NCBI GenBank assembly: GCA_051362555.1
Contig: CM120646.1
Span: forward strand, 15,066,001-15,130,000
Direction of reading: 5' to 3'
DNA from: Lingula anatina
Lineage: Eukaryota > Animalia > Brachiopoda
DNA: 64,000 bases
Position numbers and translations under genes: made by a program. The notes below the pieces were generated by a model. The model did no database searches and was not told where the DNA came from. It saw nothing but the letters and a program-made list of their open reading frames with translations. Shown here piece after piece: positions 49,401 through 64,000 of the stretch. Within the stretch, counting starts at the first letter, position 1; every line of letters begins with the position of its first letter.

Positions 49401-51437
49401 TGAATTTTAACATAAAGTTTACATTACATTTTGAAGTATATCTGCAAATTCGGCCCCTTTACAGTTTTTTTCCACCGAGAGCTTGCACCGAAACTTTGAA
49501 TTATTTCCCACATCCCCATATTATCATACACTGAAAAAGGCCTACACTTCTTTGAAAAGTCTGACAGGTTATATTTGTTTATGGGCATTAGAAATATTTA
49601 CCATTTTAATCAAATTAAAAAAATACTTAAAATAATCGAAGCCATGTTTACACAGAATGAATTCGCATCAATATCGTCATCGACCACTAGGTCGAATCTC
49701 ATTTATTAGGGGATATCGTTTCTGCATAATTGACAACTACATTCACCATCAGTGAGTTCCCAACAAAAATGCACTTAATACGGTACAACTGAGCACGAGC
49801 AAACTACTTCCCTTACCTGCAGGTGGCATGACTGGCGGAATAGGGAGTGGCTTTTTGTTCTTGCCGAAAAAGGAGAAGCCTCCCTTCTTCTTGAGAATTG
49901 GCGCTGCATTCAAAGCGTAACGGATCTGAAAGGGCGGGATACATATTCGATGTAGAATATTTAAACAGATCTAGAATCAGTTACATAACGATAGGCTTTA
50001 AGTAGTAGGCCTATCTATGTTCATCTTGTTCTCCAATTATATGGTTGAACTTTTGAGGAAGCGAAATTTAAATTATCATATTTATCCCAAAATAACAGGT
50101 GAAATGAACGGAGTTGACAAAAATATTAATAAATAAATTAGTTTCTTTTAATTCAGGAATGCAATAAAGTGATACTCACTGCGTTTTCAAAGCAAAACTT
50201 CACACCATCTTGTGTGAGAGCGCTAGTATCGACATAACAAGACAAGCCCAGTTTCTTTGCCATCTCCTTTCCTTCTTCTGCAGTTACGACATCAGGTCGC
50301 GCACTGCCAGAACCCACGCGCAGATCTGGTAACAAAAATGACAGTTAAACATATGTCAATTATTTTAAACTGATTTATTTCATCTAATTCATTTTTGAAA
50401 GACGTGAAACGAGTTTTGCGGCGTACGCAAGTTATATTGGCTTTCATATTAAGATGAACTTTGCAAGTAAAAAAAAAAAGAAATTCATAACTATATATTC
50501 ACATATACAGAAATAAAGTCTACGGAGGCAGAGTCACTTCTAGGAGACATTCCCCAGTAGCTTACTTATATATTAACATCTGTAAACGTTGCTTATTAGA
50601 TTAAATCAAACTCTGCCAGGAAAAGATCTGAGCATAGCCGTAAAAGACAAAACACTATATAGCCTAAACCTCAACGCGTTCAGCGAAGGATCGGAATACA
50701 ACCCCATGCCCCCTAAATTCACTTTTATTGCAATTTTGAGGTTGTGTAAATGTAACAAATCTTGCGACCACTCCCAAGGTTTTGTGCTACTAATTCGCAA
50801 CCTTTAAAGCAGAAAAGCATAGTAAGTAAAAGGTCCTATCTCTTACGTGAACGATAAAAAGTGAACTTTTAAGCTCTTAAAAGTTTATTAAAATAAAATA
50901 TTCCAACTGCTAACCATTTTTACATCCCACGAGCAACACAGGAACACCGGAAGCATAATGACTGATTTCGGGAAACCATTTTGCCGGCACATTCTCAAAG
51001 GAACTCCTACTCACAATTGAAAAGCACAGAAGAAAAACGTCTGTTTGTGGGTATGAAAGAGGACGCAAGCGATCATAATCCTCCTAAAATGTAAGACAAC
51101 AATATATTTGAATATATAAAAATCGTGTCGAAAAAAAATTTGATCCAAAGTAATTAATGCTTTATTTCTTTATAATAATCATCAATACTTATAAAATAAT
51201 TCTGGTGAAAACGGGTAACTGAGAGAGAGAGCGAGAGAGCGGATGGGGACTCACTTGGCCTGCTGTATCCCATAGCCCCAGAGATATCGGTTTTCCATCC
51301 ACCATTACATTACAACTGTAGTTGTCAAACACTGTGGGGACATATTCACTTGGAAACGAGTTCGTGGCGTAGCTGATCAAGAGACAACTTTTTCCCACCG
51401 CACCATCTCCTACCACCACGAGCTTCAAGTTTTGCAT
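46404..51437 (-). CDS. racA: RacA-like RhoBTB protein (Rac GTPase + Pro-rich + 2 BTB + C-terminal domain, CaaX CSIM; ~593 aa)
   Basis: Exons 51437-51255, 51083-50915, 50325-50180, 49925-49817, 48937-48747, 48536-48341, 48107-47877, 47488-47385, 47068-46829, 46616-46404. [91 protein letters not shown]. Confidence 0.93.
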
Positions 51438-51738
51438 GTTTGGTTTCACTAAAATTAATTATTTCTTTTAGTATACAAGCACATCAATATCAACATAGAC
51501 TTTTATCTACATCTAGGACGTATCATATAGTCTAATGGGTCCTAGATTAAGTTCACAACTCTATATTATCTCAAACTGATAAGCCAGGTACACGTGTCTG
51601 TATACATATATATGTATTCATCGATCGTTATACACTTGAGCCAGTACCAGTACGCAACAGTACATCTATTTCACTACCGGTAGATCAGTTGACCCAATAA
51701 TCTGCTCGCTGTATTCAAAACAGAATAGAGGATTATGA

Positions 51739-51777
<39 letters not shown>

Positions 51778-52342
51778 ATTGTATCTTTACATCTGGCTCA
51801 TTATTTTGGTAACCAATAAATTAATAATTAATTAAATTTGTTACCTTATTAATCTATTAATATAAAACTTCTTGTTTAGCTTTTCCAATTGACATTTAAT
51901 CTTCATCTAAGCACAGTTGGTGATAGGCTTTATATCAGTTGACTTTGAACGGTCTCTATCGCTCAAAATCACGCGGCAGAAAATATAAAAAAATGACAAA
52001 GTATGATTCAACATTCTACCTGTCAATAACTGATTTACAACATATAAGAATTAATCAACATTCTGCATATTTTATTTTTTCTTTGATTTAATTATCAAGT
52101 TACACATGTATAATAAACAAAACAATAATACACGAGAATATGTGATCGATGTTTATAAAGAATAATTAATTGACCCCCCCCCCCCCCTTTCCCACACACA
52201 CACACACACACTTTCTTTACCACCCCGCTCTTCCGTGACACCTGCACATGTATCGGTAGCAGCGTAAGCTTTATATACACATGCAGGTGTAGTTGTAGCT
52301 CTATGTATATTCTGTACTGAACATAAACCGAGTACATGTTAA

Positions 52343-52510
52343 CAGGCCCGTAGCCAGGGGGGTTTCGGGAGGTTCGAAAGAACCGCCCCTTTTGCTGGGA
52401 AAAGGTCCACTCTGGGTAAAATGTGATCTAGGAACATTAAGTTTTTATGGGAAAAGGTCCACTTTTTCAGAAAAAGAACCCCCCTTTTGAAATTGCTGGC
52501 TACGGGCCTG
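52343..52510. mobile_element. MITE with CAGGCCCGTAGCC TIRs
   Basis: CAGGCCCGTAGCCAG...CTGGCTACGGGCCTG; a partial relative lies at about 19451-19600. Confidence 0.75.
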
Positions 52511-52829
52511 ATGTACATGTATGTAAACGTACGTAGTTCTACTACCGATCTATGTTCGGACTTAAATTAAACAGTATACTAACGGTAAATACCTTGTGTA
52601 TATCTATATGTAGGCCTATCGACATGAAAAGACCCAACACAAGAAAATGATTAATTACAATCCATATGCAACGTAATGTATGTTGGCCTACGATAATATT
52701 GGTATACAGGAAGGACAAACTAAAACTACAAAAACTGAGCAGCACAAATTTTGTATGCATGAATCATGTCAATCGATCAGCTTAATTTAATATTATCATA
52801 ACTTTACAAAAACTGACTAAATTACTCAC

Positions 52830-53277
52830 AACGATCGTCTTCTCCGGATATTTTTTTCTCTTACTCCTATTTGGCTTTGACTGTCACCTACGAATTCTTC
52901 CTAAGCCACTCTGCTTTTTAATCCGGTACTCTTATTTATGATTAGTAGCGCTTGGACAATATTTATACCATGTGTGACAGCGTGTTGCTAAATATAGGTT
53001 GTACTATTTTTAGATGTGAATGAAGATATAGGTGGCAGAAAGAACCAAGAAAAGTCTGCAAAAAAATAGAGAGACGTGATTCACGCAAAATAGTCGAACA
53101 TTATATTTTATTGGATTCAATAAGGGCGCTTGATTATTTGAAGTATCTTTATCAATATCACATTTAATATTATATCCTAACTAAAGAGGCTTCTCTTGAA
53201 TGAGATCGCCCTCTGTCCAAGGGCACCGAGGAACCTGCACGGTAAACGTGCAGTAGTTGCATAAATATAAAAACAAA
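52830..53277. promoter_or_regulatory. Putative divergent promoter region between the RacA-like 5'UTR exon and MTX2
   Basis: Minus-strand donor CGTT|GTGAGT near 52829 could splice to acceptor 51448 just before the RacA-like ATG; MTX2 ATG is at 53278. Confidence 0.4.
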
Positions 53278-53365
53278 ATGACGACTCTCAAAGAAATGGT
53301 TGCGTCAGCTATGACTGTGGAATTAGGAGGTGAGAATGATTTTGCTGTTCGTTAACAGATGCTTA

Positions 53366-53419
<54 letters not shown>

Positions 53420-56400
53420 AAGGCCACACTTTTTTAATTTTATGGATGACATCCTGCGCGCGCACCGATTTTCGCCCGTTCTCCGAAAAAAAAAAAAAAA
53501 TCCCCCCCCCCCCAGCCCCCAACGAAGTCGGTTGGCGCAAACGTCGTTATTGAATTTGCCAGGAAATGAGCTTTCTGCGCATGCGTATTATCGCCACGTG
53601 GAAATGTGGCCGCTTTGCCGTCAAATTCATCTCTAGGATAACTTTCAAATTACACGACAATTAAAGTCATAAAGAGAACGGGTGCCGTGGTTTTGGATTG
53701 GTATGCCATTGATTTTGGGCATGGAGATATCACCTTTTTACAATTGTGCAAAAGGCTGGCGGCCGCCAGCGATTATCGCCCGAAAAATTTCAGTGACATT
53801 CTGTACAAAGCAGCACATAGGCTACCAGGTTTTTTTGTAGCGAAAAAAGGGTCGACAAGGGCGTCGAGGTATTTGGTGGGCTTGAAGGTCGGACAGGCCA
53901 CCTGACAGTTTGGCCGTGTGAGTCAAGTAGACAAAATGGCATCGTCCGAAATGACCTTTAATAGATTTGGTAGTATTAAGCATATCTTTGCATCATTTTT
54001 TAAAACATTTCTGTGAAGTGTTCAAAATGCTTTAATATTCTGAGAATACGAATAAAGACACACTGTTTGTTTGATATTTGTTTTATTGATTGCTATACCA
54101 ACAAAATGCATGAAATAACCTTAATAGATTTTGTAATAAAAAGTATATCTATTCATGACTTTTTTTTTACATTTCTACGAAGTATTCACAATGCTTTAAT
54201 ATTTTGAGAGCATGGATAAAGACATATTGTTAGTTTGATACGCGTTTCTGTGGTAAAATTTGTGTTTCCAGCTGTGTACTGACAGCATTCCTTTACTTAA
54301 GCAGTATTTTTTTTTTTTTGACCGTTTTTTTTTTTTTTTTTTGCCCTCTCGCACCGATTTTGGGGTACCCAGAGGATGTCATCCATAAAAATAAAAAAGT
54401 GTGGCCTAACTTACATCAATCAATGGGCTACAGTCCTTTGCTTACAATCATATGTACTGTAACAACTAGTTACATTTTGCGCACTGCTCTACAAGTGTTG
54501 AATAGCGCGTGGAGTGGGGTAATAACTACGGTATTACCCAATACCATACAGCTTCATTAACTACATAACTTCTGTAAGAATAAATTGAATATTCTTCCAA
54601 TTTCAGCAAAAGAACCATGGCCGGATAATGTGAATCTCTATCAAACTTATGAAGGTATGTCAAGGTGAACCAGAATGCTTTTCTCAAATTACGTTTAATA
54701 AAACTATTGTCAAACAAATTAGTTACTTAAATGTTTCGTGTGTGTGTGTGTGTGTGTGTGTGTGTTAAGTTATTGTTTTTTATTATATATGTTGTGATGG
54801 CAGCATTAGCTAGGTTTATTACTAAAAATAAACTGTCTAAACTAACAGTTAGTAACTGATTGTATCCTTTTGATCTGTTTCAGTGTTTCTTTTTATTGAA
54901 TTAGTTCCGTCTTATTTACTAGTATATACTGAGTATGATTGTATGTATTTATGTATGTATTATTATTATTATGATGATGATGATGCTTTGTTATTGTAGA
55001 TTTCAGAATATTTAATTAGAGCCCAATATTGTTTCTAATCCTTTACTTCAGCTGGCCAAATTCTGCTCCCTGACAGCGCCAGCTGCCTGAGTGTGAAAGC
55101 ATTTTTAGAGATGTGTGGACTCAAGTATTCAGTGGTTTTAAGAAACAATGCAGAACACATGTCCCCATCAGGTAAAAGTGTTTATTTTCCCTTCTGTATA
55201 ACCCACATTTTACAATTGCATTAGTATAGTATAGAACCAGTCAGTTTTGGTAAAGCCATGTTTTGTATGTAATTAATTTAATATTTATGACTAAAACTTA
55301 AAATATGTTAAAGTTGCATACTAAATTGATTAGAGTAATAGGATATCATAAGATGATTTATTGTACCAAAATGATTTCACCAGAGGGTTTTTATTAAAGA
55401 AGATGCAGATAATCATAACAAGGTTATTATCATTCTGTACTAACTTATTTTCAATCTGTTATTATTATTGTTACTAAGGCAAGGTGCCCTTCATCCAGAT
55501 AGGACCTTTTCTCATCTCAGAATTTGAACCCATCATTGGTTTTGTCAACACTAAGGTACATGTAAGCATGCAGCTGTAGGGTTTGTCTTTTTTGATTTTA
55601 GCTCTCTTTGCTGGTGTTCACATGAACATATTCCTGTACTAGTAATCATTGTTTATAAGTAGTTGCAACTTTTTGGGTGTACACTCTGGTATTTTTTCCT
55701 CTTTTACTGGGGTACAGAATCCCTTTACATCTAGTTTCTGTTTTCACTGCATTTGTTTGAGTAGATTATAGTAGATATTCTTTTTTTTAAATAAGTGATT
55801 ATTCACAGTATGGTTTGAATGATATAAACCAAAGTATAATGAACATCTAAGTAAAAAGAAAAAAATAGTATAAGGATACTATGGATTTTTTGTTGGGACT
55901 TTGATTTACAGTAGTCTTCATATGCATTGAATGAGTACTGAAAAAGAATTCCTCCAACTATGACCCAAGATCCAACATTTGTCAAAGTCAGAGTACAGAG
56001 TCAGTATGTCCACTATCGAAAATCTTGTATTTTTCAGGGATTCCATCTCAGTGCCAACCTGGATGACACTGAGAGAGCTGAGATGAGAGCCTACATGGCT
56101 TTGGTTGATAACATACTGGTCAATGCTGAGGTGGGTTGTGATTCAATTCATATTGTTTGGAAAAATGAGATAATAATAATAATAATAATACATATTTATT
56201 ATTAATAAGTTCACTGAATTGTGTATACAACAGAACCCCACTCATGTCAAGCTAAATCTTTATTGTTGTAATATTTCTGAAAGTCTTGCATTTACTCTTT
56301 GTTATGTGTGGAAGAACTGGGTTTTGTTGGTTTTGTTACACTAAGGGGTTTCCCAATGATACGGGGTACAGGGGGTCCAAAATATGAAGCTCATCTGGTG

Positions 56401-59400
56401 ATCAATTTAAAGGCAGTACAGCCCATGCAAGCCCAGCCAATCAACCCAATTTTTTAAGCCATCCAGCTGTTTTTAGAAATATGGGCTGTCTTTTGGGAGT
56501 AATGGCCATCCAAGTGGAAGTTGGACAGCTCTCTTGGGGAAGCCTTGGTTACACTATAATATAGCACTTGTATCAATGAGATACAGAATGTGATCCAGAT
56601 ACAAAATCAATCCTTGCAGTTAGGTTGAGAACATCTTTAATGAATTTACATGATGTGATCTTTATTTTAGCACTATATATCCTGGTGTGATGCCACAGTG
56701 CTACAAACTGTAAGTAATATTTAGTAACAGTACTTATCTTGGTGAGATCAAAATTGTGAAAGTCCTCCATTTTTGTTTAAGATAACGTACATTCACTATT
56801 TCCCAGGCGCTTCTTCCATCAGTTTTTCTGTTAAAATTTTTATATTTATGAAAAGCAAAAATTTAACATAATGCATTCAAAGACGGGTTAATTAAAATTT
56901 TAATAGCATGTTATCATAGGTGATCTGAGAGGTAATGAACATAAATTAATTTTGCTCCACTTTCACTCAAAAATTCCATCCAACTGCAAGTTTTAGCCTC
57001 ATGTGATCAAATTTGTACAAGACAAGCCACTGCATAATGTTGTTTGTCTACAGCACTAACAAAGGCCCTAAATACATACTAAAAGCCTGACATGTAACAG
57101 TGGGATTTGATTGCAAAAAAGATCATTTCCATCATTTTACATTTGGTATATAGGCCCTATATAATGCTACAAGCACATGCAATCAACAGGATTTAATTGT
57201 AGAAAAAAATCATAATTTATGAAAAGTCACATTTATTGAAGGGTTAGCATCCTTAGTTAACTTAGTAACACTGTTCAGACTCGGTTAACCATATGCTTTT
57301 ATATTTAAGGTCACAAAACCTAGGTATGGTTCCCCCTACCCTTGGCCCCTTAATAAGCTGGTACCTCTGAAGAAATGGTATGAAGAAACCAGTAGACTCA
57401 AAGCCTTAGGATGGTCTCAGAAAACACTGAGTGAGGTGAGAGAACAAGGGAAGAACTTGAGCAAATTTGAATGTGATAAAGATTAGGCCACACTTTTTTA
57501 TTTTTATGGATGACATCCTCTGAGTACCCCAAAATCGGTGCGAGAGGGCGAAAAAAAAAAAAACAGTCCAAAAAAAAAAACTGCTTAAGTAAAGGAATGC
57601 TGTCAGTACACAGCTGGAAACACAAATTTAACCACAGAAACACGTATCAAACTAACAATATGTCTTTATCCATGCTCTCAAAATATTAAAGCATTGTGAA
57701 TACTTCGTAGAAATGTAAAAAAACTCATGAATTGATATACTTCATATTACCAAATCTATTTAAGGTTATTTCATGCATTCATTTGGTATAGCAATCAATA
57801 AAACAAATATCAATCAAACAGTGTGTCTTTATTTGTATTCTCAGAATATTAAAACATTTTGAACACTTCACAGAAATGTTTAAAAAATGATGCAAAGATA
57901 TGCTTAATACTACCAAATCTATTAAAGGTCATTTCAGACGATGCCATTTTGTCAACTTCAACTCACACGAAGCAGCTAAACTGTCAGGTGGCCTGTCCGA
58001 CCTTCAGCCCACCAAATACCTCGACGCCCTTGTCGACCCTTTTTTCGCTACAGAAAACCTGGTATTAATGTGCTGCTTTATACAGAATGTCACAGAAATG
58101 TTTCGGCTGCCGCCAGCCTTTCGCACAATTGTAAAAAGGTGATATCTCCATGCCCAATATCAATGGCATACCAATCCAAAACGATGGCGCCCGTTCTCTT
58201 TATGACTTTTATTGTTGTGTAATTTGAAAGTAATCCTAGAGATGAATTTGACAGCAAAGTGGCCGCATTTCCATGTGGCGAAAATACGCATGCGCAGAAA
58301 GCTCATTTCCTTGCAAATTCAATAACAACGTTTGCGACAACCGACTTCGTTGGGGGCTGGGGGGGGGGGCTTTTTTTTTTTTTTTTTTTTTGGAGAACGG
58401 GCGAAAATCCGTGCGCGCGCAGGATGTCATCCATAAAATTAAAAAAGTGTGGCCTTATGGTAAATTGGGGCAGAAATGTTTTTTTTTTTTTTTTTCTTAA
58501 TTACTGTGCATATCATCTACAATACAAAAACAGTTGTAGGAAAATTTGGTACAATTCAAAAATTTTTGAAAAATTTGGTTTTAGACTGTATTTAATTACA
58601 AGGTGTATATATTATCATGATATGTCAATAATATTTGCACTGCTTTATGGTGGGTGAACCTTACTCAGGCTGACACTACTCGACATAAGTGGGCTACTGT
58701 CACCACTGAAAGTAAAAGGAAGACAGTCACATTTTTCTAGGGGCCAAAGCTGCTACACAGAGGAATGAAGACAGACATGTTAGATCCCTCTTAAAAATAC
58801 AACTAAGTCAGCTAAGTCTTAGTAGGCTGAAAGTTAGTCCCAAAGCTGACTTCAGACTTTCTGTGAAACCAACCCCAGGCTAAGATGGCCTTGACTGGAA
58901 ACCAGACTTGAATGTTTTTGTGCAATTTATTTTCAGGTTTGTGAGGAGGTGCAGACATGTTGCCAAGCCCTTTCAGAAAGACTAGATAAAAACAACTTTT
59001 TCTTTGGGAACAGGTAGGGCCTAAATGTTTCTTTCAAATGGCCTTTTAAACACAAAAATAGGTGCTCCATACCGCATAGGTAGGAAAAAGATGTTGAGTT
59101 TCTTAAAAAATAATTTATTACTCCAATACTTAAAATTATCATTACACAAAAAGCATAAAAAATTAATCTCGGTATGAGGTATGTTGTGAATACAGTTTGA
59201 TCTGCAAAAATATTTGTTTTTGTAGATTTTTTTCTATGATATTTTAATTTTTAGTTTGATTTTTGTTACAGCAGTTAAATTTGACTACAACGGTTAACGT
59301 TAATAAGTTCATCATTAAAAGAGCTTGAAGTAGCCTCCATATTCTTTGGATCAATATGATAAATGCAGGCATTGAGAATGTGAATTTTAAAAAAATCTGT

Positions 59401-59613
59401 ATTACTTGATATTTTTCACCCAAATTTTCAAAATACAATTTTACTTTCAGACCAACAGAGCTGGATGCCCTGGTTTTTGGACATCTGTTCACCATCCTCA
59501 CAACACCTATGCCAGTCAATAAATTAGCAGAAATTGTAAAAAACTTTGACAATTTAGTGCACTTCTGTGCCAGGATAGAACAGCAGTACTTCTCTGCTAC
59601 AGAAGCTTCTTAG
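53278..59613 (+). CDS. MTX2: Metaxin-2 (~264 aa)
   Basis: Exons 53278-53329, 54607-54654, 55052-55171, 55479-55555, 56038-56130, 56671-56709, 57310-57435, 58937-59013, 59451-59613. [69 protein letters not shown]. Confidence 0.95.
53370..53416. repeat. (TC)n microsatellite
   Basis: Direct read. Confidence 0.9.
53422..54406 (+). mobile_element. ~985-bp PIF/Harbinger-type MITE, MTX2 intron 1
   Basis: TIRs of about 35 bp (GGCCACACTTTTTTA-TTTTATGGATGACATCCT) with TAA target duplication (53419-53421 / 54407-54409). Confidence 0.88.
57486..58454 (-). mobile_element. Second, inverted copy of the same MITE, MTX2 intron 7
   Basis: Same TIRs, TTA target duplication (57483-57485 / 58455-58457); body is a close reverse complement of 53422-54406. 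Confidence 0.88.
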
Positions 59614-60392
59614 TATATTTTTAAAACAATTTGACAGCAAATACAGATGTGCTGTGACAATATTTGATATGGTTTTTGTAATCAGTTAAAGATCTGGCAG
59701 TCCGGGAAAATTTATTCAAACACAAGCTAGGCTACTGCATTTAAAGCTTTTAGGGCAGATTTAAGAAATATACTTCTGCTTGGCATGGAAGAATGAGAGC
59801 TTGTCAAGAAAAAGCTGATATAAGACACAAAAGTAAAATATCTTCAAAGCGTATTTAATATTAATTTTTATATTTGTTTATTCAAACTTGAATCACATTT
59901 AATGTGTTTGCTTTGATTATATGCCGATTTTCTTCAGTAAAAGACAAACTTATGATAAATTTGTAGCTCACATTTTACATTTTTGAATTTTTGAATAATT
60001 AAGATGTTTGCCAAGAAAGCACCTCATCAAGTTATATTACCTTCCTTCATTTTCATTTAACTTGGATAAATGCCTTCAAGTCAAAGTACTGGAAAATTCT
60101 GATCGAATCCAAATCATAACCAAAAGCATGTTAAATTGGGCAAAGTATGGTTAATTAAAACATTTTACCCTTTTTTTTTTTGGCAGTTGCATGAGAATAC
60201 GTTTTGGTCAGACTTTATACCCTAGGGTGATGATATTTGATTGCATAAAATTAAAGGTATACAGTCACTTTTAACTAATGAGCGGGCTCGAATTGTTTTC
60301 AAGGGGGTAACAATTTAAAAATTAAGACTCTCGTTATTTAAAAATTAGCACCACATCTCTAAATATTTTTCTCTACAAATGCATCTTCAGAC

Positions 60393-64000
<3,608 letters not shown>

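Noticed and set aside
53352-58657. Several 60-130-aa ORFs in MTX2 introns
   Set aside because: They fall in the non-coding MITE copies and microsatellites; no transposase motifs.

Overview
AT-rich, intron-containing animal genomic DNA. Gene content (FAMeT/PAN secreted proteins, RacA-type RhoBTB, L2 LINE, Helentron/Harbinger MITEs) suggests a marine invertebrate, probably a lophotrochozoan such as a mollusc; this is inference. Seven spliced genes could be rebuilt exon by exon with consistent GT-AG phases: two tandem FAMeT+PAN secreted paralogues (-), a CD38/BST1-type ADP-ribosyl cyclase (-), a ZnT2-like zinc transporter (+), a Rac-GTPase/BTB RacA-like RhoBTB (-), metaxin-2 (+) and the 3' part of RNF32 (-). 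There is also one intronless, frameshifted DxD-motif ORF (+). The first 16.5 kb has no clear host coding exons beyond a possible ATG at 777-775. It holds a young 5'-truncated L2-type LINE, candidate non-coding exons, and an unexplained same-strand array of a TTCACATTGCA + hairpin motif that the LINE has split. Other highlights: inverted Harbinger-type MITE copies bracket MTX2 exons 2-7 (circRNA/dsRNA candidate), the cyclase has a natural E146A-like substitution, and the RhoBTB ends in a CaaX box. All calls were made by eye; no database searches were run.
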